Shown: positions 18,517 to 29,882 of the stretch, one piece after another
How positions within the stretch are numbered: position 1 is the first letter of the stretch
Layout: every line of letters starts with the position of its first letter
Assembly: GCA_036439915.1 (NCBI GenBank)
Contig: GCA_036439915.1_3065.1
From: a phage
Length of the DNA stretch: 64,000 nucleotides
Strand: one strand, 5' to 3'
The notes under the pieces: generated by a model
The model's input: only the letters and a program-made list of their open reading frames with translations
Told to the model about the DNA's origin: nothing
The model's database searches: none
Translations under genes and position numbers: made by a program

Positions 18517-21213
18517 TCAGCCAAACAGGAAGTCTAACGAAGCTTTTTCTTCATAGTCCATACCCGCCGATTCACACATACCCGCAAGCGGTTTAACAAA
18601 CGATTTTTGGAACAAAGTTGAGTAGTCAATCCAAGACAGTACATCAGAACGAATTTCTTTTGGAAGTTCCGTACCCGATGGCCAAGCAATACACTTGTCA
18701 CCAAATGGATTTCCCTCACGTAATGGAAGAACCATTACTTTATTTCCATCCAAAATTGGAGCTACACCTAAACCGCTAACAGCTCGACGATAAGTTAGCA
18801 CCCCACGAATGTGGAACGGGCATTTAAATCCTGGCCAACCTTTATCGTCATATTTCGCTATATCGTTCGCGGTTTTTACTTCAGCAATAACTTTATAGTC
18901 AAGTTGACGATATTCTTTCTCAAAGTTCTTGTAGTATTCTTGGACAGACTCTTCACCTTCCTGAAGAATACGACGAATACTTTCTTCGAGAGCTTCTTGT
19001 ACTGCTTTTGGTGTTGAACTCTGCTGAGTTTCCATACCCATGATTTTTAGATGTGGTTCAGCAAATCGCTTATCTTCCATATCATAAACGTTCAGAGCAT
19101 AACGTTTTTTCGCTTTCCAAAATCCACCAACACCCTTTGAACCAAGCGGAGGACAAGAAATAGCTTCACGGTCCATATGCATCAGATGCTCGCGGTTATT
19201 CATATAATCACATAACTCACGATATGCAACATCAATCATAGGTTCCATCTTTTTCTTACCGAACTGATTCATGAATTCAACTAAATCATTTTGTTCTTTA
19301 AAGCGGTCAAGACCTACTTTTTCAATAACTTTATCTACACAAACATATACAGAATCAGTATCACCCGCTGCGATGAAATCTTCGCCATTAGTTCCACACA
19401 CCTTATTCAGGTATTCATTAATTTTACGAGCAATCCACTGAATACCAACTTGACCAAAAATTGTGATAGCAGTAGCATTTCGCAAATCATAGTAACGGAA
19501 ATGAATATTACCAAGAGCACCATAAAGACTGTTGATAAGAATTTTACGGTTTAGCTGATTTGTGTTAGCAAGTGTAGCTGCTTTTTCACATTCTTCGATC
19601 AGACTATTAAGAACAGATTCGGTGTAATTCGATAATTCATTTAAGAAATCATCATTGAACTTAACATATCGTTCAACTTCTGGTTTAGTTGAGCGAGACC
19701 CTGCACCTTTCATAATAATCTTTTTAATAGCTTCGGCATTCATTTCTTCGGCGAACATTTTCTTTTTCCAATCTTTACGTTGGAAAAATACTTTAGCGAT
19801 TTCCTTTGGAATGATACCTTCTTGATGCTTATCATACATCCATCCATTCGGAGAACAAGAATATTCATCACTTGGCTTAGGAGCTGTTCCTGCGATATAT
19901 TCATGAATTGGATGAACTTTAAACTGCCCACGAATAGTCTCAGGACTAATGTTAACCTGACGAATAATGCTAGGATACAGAGACGTCAAGTCAAAACTCA
20001 TAATGTATCGACGGGCAATCGCTTTAGGTTCAAACACAAATGCACCTGGAAAACTTTGTTTAACGTGCGAACCTTGTTGAGGAATAACCTTATGTTCACC
20101 TTTCAGTGAGTTAAAAATAATAGCATCCCAAGTTTTAATAGGACTCATTACACCAGAAAAAGGCATTTTAGCGTAATAAGACATACTTAAAACTAGATCG
20201 ATAAACCCACGAATTTTATCAATTGCTTGAACTGATTCTACGTCAATAATGTTATAACTAATGTATCGTTGATGATTAGTCTCACGAAGTTTATTAATAG
20301 GACCATCATATGGTAATTTACCTTTTTTGGTTTCATGTTGAGCAACTGATTCCAAAGAGAACGATGGCAAATTAGTAAATGCGAATTTCTTGTACAAATC
20401 TAAATAATCAAGAATAGATACGCCATCAATAGAATAAATTTCTTTGCTACCGTACATATTTTGAATTAGTTTAGATTTTACTCGACCGATTGGAGAGAAG
20501 CGTTTCATACTACGTTCGCCGAGAACCATTTTAACACGATTCATGATATACGGAACGTCAAATCCCTCAATATTCCAACCAGTAAAAATAGCAGGTCGTT
20601 TCTGTTCCCAGAGATTAATATATTCCATGAGCATATCACGCTCATTATCAAATGGCATATAAATTACTCGGTCAAGAATTTCTTGAGGAACTTCATCACC
20701 ACCTTCACAGTCAAGTTTAGCAGCTAACTTTGCATCCCATTTTGATACTGAACCGTACATTGAATTCAACAAATCAAAGACGTAAAAACGGTCGTCAATT
20801 GAATCATAATGAGTGATAGCATCAATTTCATATTCTGCTTTCATTGGGTCAGGAAATTTATCACCAGTAACCTCAATGTCACAGTTAGCTACACGAACAA
20901 ATTTTCGGTCATAAACAATTTCTGAACCATATGTATCACTGATATAAGCGAGTTTAAAATCGTTCATACCGAGAGCTTCGAGACCGATGTCTTCCATTCG
21001 TTTCATCCAATCTCGTGCATCTTTCATTGATGGAAATTTTTGAGGAGCGCAGTTTTTACCGTAAATGTCTTTGTATTTTGATTCTTCCTTACAATGACTA
21101 AACATAGTCGGAAGATATTCTACTTCGCGAGTACGTTCCTTTCCATTTTCATCAATATAACGTTCAACAATATTATTTCCGACTGTTTCGATAGAGATAT
21201 AAAATTCTTTCAT
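18517..21213 (-). CDS. 43: DNA polymerase gp43 (family B)
   Basis: 898 aa, exo and pol motifs, same length as T4 gp43. Confidence 0.95.
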   Translation of the reverse strand: MKEFYISIETVGNNIVERYIDENGKERTREVEYLPTMFSHCKEESKYKDIYGKNCAPQKFPSMKDARDWMKRMEDIGLEALGMNDFKLAYISDTYGSEIVYDRKFVRVANCDIEVTGDKFPDPMKAEYEIDAITHYDSIDDRFYVFDLLNSMYGSVSKWDAKLAAKLDCEGGDEVPQEILDRVIYMPFDNERDMLMEYINLWEQKRPAIFTGWNIEGFDVPYIMNRVKMVLGERSMKRFSPIGRVKSKLIQNMYGSKEIYSIDGVSILDYLDLYKKFAFTNLPSFSLESVAQHETKKGKLPYDGPINKLRETNHQRYISYNIIDVESVQAIDKIRGFIDLVLSMSYYAKMPFSGVMSPIKTWDAIIFNSLKGEHKVIPQQGSHVKQSFPGAFVFEPKAIARRYIMSFDLTSLYPSIIRQVNISPETIRGQFKVHPIHEYIAGTAPKPSDEYSCSPNGWMYDKHQEGIIPKEIAKVFFQRKDWKKKMFAEEMNAEAIKKIIMKGAGSRSTKPEVERYVKFNDDFLNELSNYTESVLNSLIEECEKAATLANTNQLNRKILINSLYGALGNIHFRYYDLRNATAITIFGQVGIQWIARKINEYLNKVCGTNGEDFIAAGDTDSVYVCVDKVIEKVGLDRFKEQNDLVEFMNQFGKKKMEPMIDVAYRELCDYMNNREHLMHMDREAISCPPLGSKGVGGFWKAKKRYALNVYDMEDKRFAEPHLKIMGMETQQSSTPKAVQEALEESIRRILQEGEESVQEYYKNFEKEYRQLDYKVIAEVKTANDIAKYDDKGWPGFKCPFHIRGVLTYRRAVSGLGVAPILDGNKVMVLPLREGNPFGDKCIAWPSGTELPKEIRSDVLSWIDYSTLFQKSFVKPLAGMCESAGMDYEEKASLDFLFG

Positions 21214-21267
21214 AGATATTCCTTAGTTTATAGCCCGAGTTATTAGGCTCTTGATATATTATACTCC

Positions 21268-21290
21268 AAATAAGGGGCCGAAGCCCCCTT
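21268..21290 (-). terminator. intrinsic terminator after regA
   Basis: GGGGGCTTCGGCCCC hairpin followed by TTATTT on minus strand. Confidence 0.6.
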
Positions 21291-21292
21291 GC

Positions 21293-21661
21293 TTAATTAC
21301 CAATCGTATATTTAGGAACGAGTTTCCATTCATGTTTTTGCTTAAAAGAAATAACTCGGAAGTTATTAGTTAAATCTTTCATAAAAGTTCTTTGACCGGG
21401 AGCGATTTCAATCAGTCCCCAATCTTCTAACAGCCATGCAATCGAATCACGACGAACTTCATCTTCTTCTGTCATTTCAACCTGGCGACCATCCATACGA
21501 AGCATTTCTTTAAAATGAACGATATAGTATAGTCCTTTTTTCTGGAGAATATGACAGGATTGATACAGAACTTTATCTTTATTATTAGCAATTCCCATAC
21601 GAGTCAAGGTTTCTTTAACTTTCAGAAAATCTTCAGGTTTTTTAAGAGTAATTTCAATCAT
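21293..21661 (-). CDS. regA: translational repressor RegA
   Basis: 122 aa, same size and position as T4 RegA. Confidence 0.9.
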   Translation of the reverse strand: MIEITLKKPEDFLKVKETLTRMGIANNKDKVLYQSCHILQKKGLYYIVHFKEMLRMDGRQVEMTEEDEVRRDSIAWLLEDWGLIEIAPGQRTFMKDLTNNFRVISFKQKHEWKLVPKYTIGN

Positions 21662-21662
21662 T

Positions 21663-22226
21663 TTACCATTCCAATGCTAGTTTTTTGAGTTGTTTCTGTT
21701 CTTTTACATTCTTAGTCACTTCTTTCAAAAAATCATCCGTGACTAAACCTTTTAGTTCTTTTAATACTAAAGGAAGTTTTCCATTTTTAGTAAGAATTGA
21801 TTTATAGTTAATTGCATCATTTGTATTAACTTGATACCGCTTAGCAAGTAACTTAATAATCAATACTTCGGTAGAATCTTCAACCAGTTTTGCCCATTTA
21901 CCATATCTTTTACCACGAGGAACAGCAGCCATCAGATAATTAAAATGGGCTTCATCACTTAAACCCGATCCAATTAAATTCATAGCATATACAGCTGGCA
22001 TGCACTCCGGAAATTGTGATAATGCATTCTCAACCATGTATTTTGAATAATCTTTTTGAGCAATAGAGCATTTAGTTTTATTATTGATCGCTCCAATTAT
22101 TTCAAAAAATTCATTTTCAGCTTTTTCCTTAAAAGAATCAGCAGCAGATTGGACAGCTGTCCAATCTTTTGAATACCAAGCAACTTGATGCTCGTTTAAT
22201 TGAATATCATCTTCAAATAAGCTCAT
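21663..22226 (-). CDS. 62: clamp loader small subunit gp62
   Basis: 187 aa, between regA and 44. Confidence 0.8.
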   Translation of the reverse strand: MSLFEDDIQLNEHQVAWYSKDWTAVQSAADSFKEKAENEFFEIIGAINNKTKCSIAQKDYSKYMVENALSQFPECMPAVYAMNLIGSGLSDEAHFNYLMAAVPRGKRYGKWAKLVEDSTEVLIIKLLAKRYQVNTNDAINYKSILTKNGKLPLVLKELKGLVTDDFLKEVTKNVKEQKQLKKLALEW

Positions 22227-22227
22227 A

Positions 22228-23202
22228 TCACTTCCACTGCATTTCGCATGCCAATTGAATGAAAAGATATGCTAAATGTAATTCCGTATTAGCCGCAATT
22301 CCATGATACTGGTTATTTTCACCAACAATTTCATACATACGAATAATACTTTGCGGAGTTACACGTGAATAAATTTCTTCGGCAAGTTTACCTACGAACC
22401 ACGAATAATCAGCTGCATATTTTGGTGCTAAAGCTCTGAGCTGTTTAACATCTTTATTTTTGAGAGACTCAAGAACATCATCAATAGCACCACGATCGTT
22501 AGTAACCAGTGATAAAATACCAGCATCCAAAACACCTTTAGATGAATAACTATCGAGCTCACCAATAGTTTTACGAAAATCAGGAAAATTCTTTTTAACC
22601 AAAGCTGCTACAACTTTCATATCAGCTATAGCAATTCCTTCATGCTTACAGATTTCAGTCAATCGACGAATCATCTGCTTCATCATTTCAATTTTATCTT
22701 CATCGGTTGGTTGACCGAACGTAATAACTCGACAGCGTGACTGAAGTGGTTTAATAATACCATCAATATTGTTAGCAGTAATAATAATACTACAGTTTGA
22801 ACTATAAGCTTCCATAAAGGAACGAAGATGTCGCTGAGACTCTGCTAATCCTGAACGGTCAAATTCATCAATGACGATTACTTTTTGACGACCATCAAAT
22901 GAAGCTGCACTAGCAAAATTAGTCAAAGGACCGCGAACGAAATCAATTTTACAATCTGACCCATTCACAAACATCATATCAGCATTTACGTCATGACACA
23001 ATGCTTTTGCTACGGTTGTTTTACCTGTTCCTGGAGAAGGAGAATGAAGAATAATATGTGGAATCTTACCTTTACTTGTAATAGATTTAAAGGTTTCTTT
23101 ATCAAAGGCGGGAAGAATACATTCATCGATAGTAGATGGACGATATTTCTGTTCAAGAATGTGTTCTTTTTCATTTACAGTAATCATAATTTCCTCATTC
23201 AA
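22228..23202 (-). CDS. 44: clamp loader ATPase gp44 (AAA+)
   Basis: 324 aa, Walker [11 protein letters not shown]. Confidence 0.9.
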   Translation of the reverse strand: MNEEIMITVNEKEHILEQKYRPSTIDECILPAFDKETFKSITSKGKIPHIILHSPSPGTGKTTVAKALCHDVNADMMFVNGSDCKIDFVRGPLTNFASAASFDGRQKVIVIDEFDRSGLAESQRHLRSFMEAYSSNCSIIITANNIDGIIKPLQSRCRVITFGQPTDEDKIEMMKQMIRRLTEICKHEGIAIADMKVVAALVKKNFPDFRKTIGELDSYSSKGVLDAGILSLVTNDRGAIDDVLESLKNKDVKQLRALAPKYAADYSWFVGKLAEEIYSRVTPQSIIRMYEIVGENNQYHGIAANTELHLAYLFIQLACEMQWK

Positions 23203-23215
23203 GTTTTAGTGTAAA

Positions 23216-23237
23216 TTATAAAGGGCCGAAGCCCTCT
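23216..23237 (-). terminator. intrinsic terminator after gene 45
   Basis: GGGCTTCGGCCC hairpin plus T-rich tail. Confidence 0.55.
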
Positions 23238-23238
23238 A

Positions 23239-23925
23239 TTAAAAATCGTGGGTAGAATCAGCTTCAAGAGCTACTACATAATTCGCATGTTCACCTTCGA
23301 ATTTAGCAGCGCCTTGCTTACCTTTTGCCCAGAGCAGAAGTTTATAATTTCCTGGTTGCATTTTCATATTTGCCATATTGATAATGAAATTAAATGTATT
23401 TTCACCATCATAATCACCAAGAGTCAAAGAATATTTAACACGGGTCAAAGCAGAATCTTCTACTTTATTAAAACCGTTAATTACGATTTTACCTTCTTTT
23501 ACTGTAATAGCAATTGTATCAATCTGCAGACCACGAGATACACGCAACAGCTGTTGAAGGTCTTCAGCTTTAATTTCAGTAACAACAGATGCTACCGGGA
23601 ATGGAATTGGTTTATTAGGAGCAACTACTGTACTCGGATCGGCTGCTGGCCAAAAAATTGTTGAACGGGCATCAGCAATTTTAATATTACCATCTTCTGA
23701 CTGGGAAATTTCTGCATCATCATTAACTAAAGACAGAATACCGAGAAAACCGTTCAAATCGTAAATTGCTACATCAAAATCAATAGTGTCAGAAATATTT
23801 GCTTCCGCATAAGTTGTACCATTAACTGCGCGAGTCATAATAAATTGACCGGATTTAAGCATAATACCGGAGTTAATAGTAGCGAAATTTTTGAGCAGAG
23901 CAGTAGTATCTTTAGACAGTTTCAT
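23239..23925 (-). CDS. 45: sliding clamp gp45
   Basis: 228 aa, same size as T4 gp45. Confidence 0.9.
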   Translation of the reverse strand: MKLSKDTTALLKNFATINSGIMLKSGQFIMTRAVNGTTYAEANISDTIDFDVAIYDLNGFLGILSLVNDDAEISQSEDGNIKIADARSTIFWPAADPSTVVAPNKPIPFPVASVVTEIKAEDLQQLLRVSRGLQIDTIAITVKEGKIVINGFNKVEDSALTRVKYSLTLGDYDGENTFNFIINMANMKMQPGNYKLLLWAKGKQGAAKFEGEHANYVVALEADSTHDF

Positions 23926-23980
23926 GTAATTTCCTTCAATTCAAATGAGATTTAATTTTATAACTAATTTAATAAAGCAA

Positions 23981-24370
23981 TTAACGATTAAAATCAGCAG
24001 CAATTGTTTCCGCAACAATTTGAGCAGCAACAATTAGACGTTCATCTGCATTACCGCAATAATCATCTTCAAGGCGCTCACCACATGAAGTCATAATAAA
24101 TTTAGCACCAGCATTTAGAGATTCTGTCGTATGTTTGCGCATTAGTTCAATCCATTTATCACTTACTTCACGATCGATAGCTTCATAATATGCATGACGA
24201 GCAGGTGCAGATTTAATTTTGTTCTGAATAACTTCCATTGCATTATCAGAAAGAGACAAAACCCATGCTCGACGAATTTTATTTTGGTTTTGCGGATTTG
24301 ATTCAGAACGCACGTGTTTTGGCTGAATATCTTTTACATCAACAGTATAATTCACAGTAATTTTAGTCAT
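23981..24370 (-). CDS. rpbA: RNA polymerase binding protein RpbA (by position and size)
   Basis: 129-aa ORF between 45 and 46. Confidence 0.6.
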   Translation of the reverse strand: MTKITVNYTVDVKDIQPKHVRSESNPQNQNKIRRAWVLSLSDNAMEVIQNKIKSAPARHAYYEAIDREVSDKWIELMRKHTTESLNAGAKFIMTSCGERLEDDYCGNADERLIVAAQIVAETIAADFNR

Positions 24371-24379
24371 AATACACCT

Positions 24380-24568
24380 TTAGTCATAATAATCAGTAAC
24401 AGTCCAAGCTTCATTTCTGTTGGACATTATTTTCGTATATTCTGCTTTAAATGCATTCTTAAGCATAGATTCAGTAACTATATGCTCTTCATTAGAAAAA
24501 TTATTTCTCAGAATATATCGTTTTATTTCAGGAATAGTTAATAGATGCTGTCCAGTTGAATATTCCAT
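24380..24568 (-). CDS. hypothetical small protein (45.2 position)
   Basis: 62-aa ORF. Confidence 0.45.
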   Translation of the reverse strand: MEYSTGQHLLTIPEIKRYILRNNFSNEEHIVTESMLKNAFKAEYTKIMSNRNEAWTVTDYYD

Positions 24569-24623
24569 GTTTTTCCTCCATAGAGATTATACTCTAATAA
24601 ATTAAAGCATAATCTCTTATAAA

Positions 24624-26306
24624 TTAAACCATTACAGTAAATCGACCAACTTTCTTCATTTGAAGATGCTGACCATATTCTTGTGGGTCATGGTCTTTAT
24701 GCGAAATTATAAAAACATTAGTGTTTTTCATTGAATTTATAATATTAGCTACACCTTTAATACCTTCGGCATCAAATGACCCATCAAACACTTCATCAAG
24801 AATTAATGTACTAATACTAACACCAGATACGATAGAAGCAATATCACGCCAAGTAAATAAAAGAGCAATATCGATTCGTGCTTTTTCACCTTCACTAAAT
24901 GAAGCATAACTAAAATCTTCACGACCACGGGATTTAATTGTCTCATTAAATTCTTCATCTAATGTAAACACATAATCCGCTTCCATTATTTTAAGATAAT
25001 GGTTAATCTGCTTATTAAATAATGGAATGTACTTTTTAATAATAGCACCTTTAATACCAGAATCTTTGAGCATATCAGTCAAAATTCCTCTATGGTATTT
25101 TTCCATTACTAAATTAGTTTTTGTCTTAACAATTTTATCAAGTTCTTCTTGAAGCAGTGCTATTTCATCAGCATGGTCAATAAACTCAGATGATGCTTTT
25201 TCTATAGCCGCTTTAACCTTTTTAGCTTTATCTACCGTCGTGATTAAGGATTGCTTTTTATTGCGAATATCATTTGCCAATGACTGTTGGGTTTTGATAT
25301 TATCTCGGTATTCATCAACAAGAACTTTTAAATTATCACGATGCGTTGAAAGCTGTTCAAACGAATGCGTGCATTCAGAAACTTTATCTTTAATTTTAGA
25401 AACAACTTTATCACCGGAACTTAACTGTGACAAACAAGTTGGACATAATCCACCTTCGTGATACATATTAATGACTTTATTATACGAGTCAATTTTTGAT
25501 TTAATTAAAAATGCTTCTTGACCGATTTTATTAAATGCATCAGTCGGGTCTTCATCCAAAACAATATTAACTAATCTTTCATTAGCTTCTTCTATTTCCG
25601 ATTTTAGCGTTCTAGCTTCCTTTGCCAAATCGTCATACATATTCTGCAGACGAGTAAGGTTTTCACCAGACAATTTTTTCTGGCGTTCAACATTATCATT
25701 ATATATTTTAATTTGTTGGATAATACTATCTTTTTTAACGTCAAGCACTTGGTTTTGTGAATTTAATTCACGTATTAGTGCTTTATTAAGCTTATCCATT
25801 TCAGCTAATGTTCCTACTTCGAGCAGGTCTTCGACAAGTTTTCTTCTTGCAGGAGTGGATAGGCCCATGAAAGGGGTATATCCAGCCGTGCCGAGTACGA
25901 CGATCTGCTTGAAACTGGCGTATGACATTCCGATAAGCTGTTCAAATTCTGCTTGGAAATCTTTACTGCTGGCAGATTCATTAAGACGTGTACCGTTAAC
26001 GGTGATTTCGAAAACATTTGGTTTTTGTCCTCTTTTGATATAGTACTTTTTCTCATCATATTCCATCCACAGTTCAACTAAAAGTTCTTTCTTATTTGTA
26101 CTGTTTATTAATTGGCCTTTCTTTACATCACGAAATGGCTTGCCAAAAAGCCCAAATGTGATGGCTTCTAACATAGTAGACTTACCGCCGCCATTTCGCC
26201 CAGTAATAAGAGTTTTTTGAACCTTATCTAATTGAATGTCAATAGGATTTCCACCTACTGACATTATATTTTGATACCTAACTCGGTTTAGTTTAAAATT
26301 CTTCAC
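24624..26306 (-). CDS. 46: recombination endonuclease subunit gp46 (Rad50/SbcC-like)
   Basis: 560 aa, Walker A GRNGGGKST, coiled-coil middle, zinc hook CPTC. Confidence 0.85.
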   Translation of the reverse strand: MKNFKLNRVRYQNIMSVGGNPIDIQLDKVQKTLITGRNGGGKSTMLEAITFGLFGKPFRDVKKGQLINSTNKKELLVELWMEYDEKKYYIKRGQKPNVFEITVNGTRLNESASSKDFQAEFEQLIGMSYASFKQIVVLGTAGYTPFMGLSTPARRKLVEDLLEVGTLAEMDKLNKALIRELNSQNQVLDVKKDSIIQQIKIYNDNVERQKKLSGENLTRLQNMYDDLAKEARTLKSEIEEANERLVNIVLDEDPTDAFNKIGQEAFLIKSKIDSYNKVINMYHEGGLCPTCLSQLSSGDKVVSKIKDKVSECTHSFEQLSTHRDNLKVLVDEYRDNIKTQQSLANDIRNKKQSLITTVDKAKKVKAAIEKASSEFIDHADEIALLQEELDKIVKTKTNLVMEKYHRGILTDMLKDSGIKGAIIKKYIPLFNKQINHYLKIMEADYVFTLDEEFNETIKSRGREDFSYASFSEGEKARIDIALLFTWRDIASIVSGVSISTLILDEVFDGSFDAEGIKGVANIINSMKNTNVFIISHKDHDPQEYGQHLQMKKVGRFTVMV

Positions 26307-26518
26307 AAAAGATTCCTTTTAATGTATCTTTTAGACCATTCTATCATATCATCATAATCTAAAAAGTATTCATCAAATTCAGCCATGCAAACAACGCCTT
26401 GTGCTGCTTTTGATGTGATATAAATTATTCCAACATATCTAGAATCTTCTTCGGTATAATCAATATTTGCTATGAATTCATCGTTAATGTCAAATGTCGA
26501 AAACTTCACAATATGCAT
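26303..26518 (-). CDS. hypothetical small protein (46.1 position)
   Basis: ORF 26303..26566 trimmed to internal Met to reduce overlap; start uncertain. Confidence 0.35.
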   Translation of the reverse strand: MHIVKFSTFDINDEFIANIDYTEEDSRYVGIIYITSKAAQGVVCMAEFDEYFLDYDDMIEWSKRYIKRNLL

Positions 26519-26753
26519 CCTTAATACAAGATACAGCCATATCTTGTAATGATTTAGGTGTGTCATTATCTAAAATGTTGAAGTTAAAAGATACAGCCCA
26601 GTCAGTGCAGACCGTGACCTTTTTAATACAATTATCTTCAACCTCTAGTGGTTCAAACCAGTATTCAATAATTTCTTTATGCCCAATATCATCTTTTACT
26701 TCGCATTCAAAATGCTGACTCATCATAACATTTTTAAATTCATCAAAAGTCAT
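26490..26753 (-). CDS. hypothetical small protein (46.2 position)
   Basis: 87-aa ORF, ATGA overlap with gene 47 stop. Confidence 0.45.
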   Translation of the reverse strand: MTFDEFKNVMMSQHFECEVKDDIGHKEIIEYWFEPLEVEDNCIKKVTVCTDWAVSFNFNILDNDTPKSLQDMAVSCIKDAYCEVFDI

Positions 26754-27769
26754 TGTGTTGCCTCTACATATAACTGATTTGCATATTGAATAAGTGCTTC
26801 GCGATCAGAATCAGTGATGTCTGGAATTGCATTAATGTATTCTTCCATCAACGTCTGAAGAGATTGAACTTCAACTTCTTCACTATCATCTGACTCGACA
26901 GAGTTATCAATCTTTGACACAACTCGCAATGAATGCACAACTTTTTCTAGTTCAGATTCGAACTTCGTTAGATTTTTGTCTACCTCAATTACTATAACAC
27001 GTACTGACAGATTTGTAAAATCTTTATAGTCAATTTTTCCCTTAAATGGATATTGAATTCGACGATGCCAGGTAGTGTTGTTTGGAATAAATTCCATTCG
27101 TTCTGTTTCTGTATCAAACATCCAGAACCCACGAGGGTCATTCTCGTCACCTGCAGTTAGTGTCCATGGTGTCCCAATATATTTGACGTTAGCAGCCTCA
27201 GAGATAGTATGGAAGTGACCAGACCACACTTCTTTATAAGTCTTAAGAAAATCGGGTTCAAGACCGTGAGATTTCATTCCTTTATAAAAATAAAATCCAT
27301 TCAGTTCCCAGTGACCAACGCAAAAGGAAGCAGATGAAGTTTTGATGTGTTCAAGAATTTCACCAGTATTTTCTTCACACATCCAAGGAATTAAATCAAT
27401 CAAACATCCGTCAAAATCTACCGTAGTAGGCTTATCATATACTTTAACATTAGGATATTTAGCCAAAAGCTCAGTAGAAGCATTTGGAGTTAAAGTATTT
27501 TTAAAGTGCATATCATGGTTTCCTACAACAGTATGTAGAGTAATACCAGCATCATCAAGCATTTGAACTATTTCACGGGCAAACTCCATAGTTTTATGTG
27601 TGATTGCTTTTCGCACATCAAAAATATCGCCGTATTGAATCCATGTAGTAATTCCGTTTTTCTTAGAATATTCTATCGCTTGCTTAATTCCATCTAATTG
27701 GATTGATTGAATCCACTCATCATCAGCTTTAACGCCTAAATGCCAATCACCTAAATTTAAAATTTTCAT
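26750..27769 (-). CDS. 47: recombination endonuclease subunit gp47 (Mre11/SbcD-like)
   Basis: 339 aa, calcineurin-like phosphoesterase motifs (GDWH, GNHD), same size as T4 gp47. Confidence 0.85.
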   Translation of the reverse strand: MKILNLGDWHLGVKADDEWIQSIQLDGIKQAIEYSKKNGITTWIQYGDIFDVRKAITHKTMEFAREIVQMLDDAGITLHTVVGNHDMHFKNTLTPNASTELLAKYPNVKVYDKPTTVDFDGCLIDLIPWMCEENTGEILEHIKTSSASFCVGHWELNGFYFYKGMKSHGLEPDFLKTYKEVWSGHFHTISEAANVKYIGTPWTLTAGDENDPRGFWMFDTETERMEFIPNNTTWHRRIQYPFKGKIDYKDFTNLSVRVIVIEVDKNLTKFESELEKVVHSLRVVSKIDNSVESDDSEEVEVQSLQTLMEEYINAIPDITDSDREALIQYANQLYVEATQ

Positions 27770-27906
27770 ATATCAAGAACCGTCATTGAAATGCAAAATA
27801 AAATTATTGAAATAAATCCATCTGGAGTACTAAAGAACCCAATCCAACATGCTCTAGCAAATAGATAAAATGCAAGAAAAAGTATCACATATCCAAGAAA
27901 TATCAT
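27766..27906 (-). CDS. small hydrophobic protein coupled to gene 47
   Basis: about 46 codons MIFLGYVILFLAFYLF... read from sequence; stop overlaps 47 start. Confidence 0.3.
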   Translation of the reverse strand: MIFLGYVILFLAFYLFARACWIGFFSTPDGFISIILFCISMTVLDI

Positions 27907-27928
27907 TATATCAAACTCCGTATAAAGC

Positions 27929-27949
27929 TAAAGGGCCGAAGCCCTTTAT
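27929..27949 (-). terminator. intrinsic terminator overlapping a-gt stop
   Basis: GGGCTTCGGCCC hairpin then TTTAGCTTTAT. Confidence 0.55.
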
Positions 27950-29148
27950 TTTGTAATAATGTCAAACTGCTCTTTAAAGCAGAAGCTTGAATCTTGGTGC
28001 TGATACAAAAATTCATAAGCTTTTTCACGTTCACGGTCATAAAGAACTCGGTCAGATGACAGTTCTTTAATACGTTCAAATGTTGATTCCATGTCATTTT
28101 CATCAAACCAAACGATACCGCTATCGTGTGAAATTAATGGAGTGTTATCAACACGGAATTTTAAATTTTCGCCAGTAGATTTCCAAAATACTGGAATTGT
28201 TCCGCATGCACCAAGCTCGAGATGAGTATATTCTAAAGAACGTTGTAGATATTTTTTATCTAATTTACTCAGCTGATAACCAAATCCGGATTTACTCATG
28301 CGTTCAAGCATTTCGCTATTTACATAACGGTCGAGAATTTGCGTTGGCAAATTAGGAGCAATTTTAATTTGGTCTACTTGATGAAGACGATAATACTCGT
28401 ATGGAATTCCTTTTTCTTTAATAGGAATGAACGCTGGAGAACGTTCCAGACCTTCCATAATAGTACTCAATCCCGCAGGTTTAAGATGTTTTTCATGAAA
28501 ATCAAACATCTGATAAAAGCCTTTCCATGTAGTAGTACGACCAATCCAACGGTTGATATTCATGTTAATTTCAGAAACATCTTTCCAGTAGGTTGATCGA
28601 ACCTTCGCAATATCCATAGGAGGCTGAAAGTTATATACGGTCGGCGCTTCTTCAATATCATCAAACAGAGAAACTGTTTCTGGATACCATTCTTTCATCA
28701 AAACTTTATTAAAATCGCCATTATCAGAATGACTAAAAATAACATCAGCTCGACGAACAGTTTCTTCTAATCCCAAATTTCGGCGTAAAGAAAGAGAAGA
28801 ATGGTCATGTTGATAAACTACAACACGAACCGAAGGTTTAATGTTATCAATAATTTTTTTATAGTTATTAATAGTGTCTTCTTCGACTGAAGTAGCAGGA
28901 ACTGAATTGATAATTAGAATATCACAATCATTTACCAGCTTAAGCGTTTTATCGTATTCTTTTGCCAATAAAACCGGAATTGAAAATGATTTATAATCAT
29001 GCGCGCAATTACGAGTAAATGATTTATCTTTAGCATAAACCAAAGTTACTTCATGACCATTTTTAATAAACCAATCACGCTGCTCAAGAGAAAATTTAGT
29101 TACACCGCAACCTTCAAGACCTCGAGCCATAAAAATGCATACTTTCAT
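27946..29148 (-). CDS. a-gt: HMC alpha-glucosyltransferase
   Basis: 400 aa, same size and strong resemblance to remembered T4 a-gt. Confidence 0.85.
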   Translation of the reverse strand: MKVCIFMARGLEGCGVTKFSLEQRDWFIKNGHEVTLVYAKDKSFTRNCAHDYKSFSIPVLLAKEYDKTLKLVNDCDILIINSVPATSVEEDTINNYKKIIDNIKPSVRVVVYQHDHSSLSLRRNLGLEETVRRADVIFSHSDNGDFNKVLMKEWYPETVSLFDDIEEAPTVYNFQPPMDIAKVRSTYWKDVSEINMNINRWIGRTTTWKGFYQMFDFHEKHLKPAGLSTIMEGLERSPAFIPIKEKGIPYEYYRLHQVDQIKIAPNLPTQILDRYVNSEMLERMSKSGFGYQLSKLDKKYLQRSLEYTHLELGACGTIPVFWKSTGENLKFRVDNTPLISHDSGIVWFDENDMESTFERIKELSSDRVLYDREREKAYEFLYQHQDSSFCFKEQFDIITK

Positions 29149-29195
29149 TTAATATCCTCATTGTTTTGGTTTATTTTACCAAAAATTTATAAAGC

Positions 29196-29218
29196 AATAT
29201 AGGAGCCGAAGCTCCTAT
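29196..29218 (-). terminator. intrinsic terminator upstream of a-gt
   Basis: GGAGCTTCGGCTCC hairpin; followed by TATAAAT-like late-promoter-like box. Confidence 0.45.
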
Positions 29219-29391
29219 CCGCACAATACGCCATACAAAGGCTCGTTAGAGCTTCTAAATTTTATACGCTTATATGTTATAGTTCCTTCTGCTTTAGCTT
29301 TATCGTGAGCCTCTTTAAAGCGTCTCATCATTTCTACTTTAGAGGAACGAATTTTATTATAATCTATTTCAGAAGTCTGGGTGTTCATCTT

Positions 29392-29598
29392 TCACAGTTG
29401 CCACCATTTTTTGACTTGATAGGAATCAACCCACACTTTCATATTAGGGTCTGCTCTTACAATAGGAGGATTAACTTCTTTAATTGAACTATCATGGTAT
29501 TCTTTTTCAGAAATTTTCACACAAAGATGACCGTTCAAAGATTCAGTAAATCCTGCATTAATTTTAAGACGCTTGAATTTTACGTGTGTAAGCATCAA
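29392..29598 (-). CDS. hypothetical small protein
   Basis: 68-aa ORF. Confidence 0.4.
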   Translation of the reverse strand: MMLTHVKFKRLKINAGFTESLNGHLCVKISEKEYHDSSIKEVNPPIVRADPNMKVWVDSYQVKKWWQL

Positions 29599-29881
29599 TC
29601 ATATCCTCAATCTGTGATCTAGTAGTCTTCCAAAGAATACTAATGAGTTCATCGTTATATGGCTGTTTTAGAATATCCCGACTTTTCTTGATAGCATATT
29701 CGTATTGAGCAAAATTATTGTTTTCAGCTGCAATCTGAGCGTGCTTATAAAGACGGTTCAGTTCGCGTTTGTTTTTAGACAATAACTTATTTGCTTTTCT
29801 TTCTGCTTCAAGACGGTTCTTTTCTTCAATAGAAGAAATAAGCTTTTCCACTTCATCATTAATTTCGGGTTTATCAGTCAT
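29564..29881 (-). CDS. hypothetical protein, predicted helical
   Basis: 105-aa ORF. Confidence 0.45.
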   Translation of the reverse strand: MTDKPEINDEVEKLISSIEEKNRLEAERKANKLLSKNKRELNRLYKHAQIAAENNNFAQYEYAIKKSRDILKQPYNDELISILWKTTRSQIEDMIDAYTRKIQAS

Positions 29882-29882
29882 A

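Noticed and set aside
17955-18524. Long N-terminal extensions on ORF-track entries 17955..18524, 44759..45793 and 60712..61038 sharing the peptide GTIQLSTD..LENEM
   Set aside because: The shared peptide is the in-frame translation of the conserved early-promoter leader; the genes start at the downstream Met that has a ribosome-binding site.
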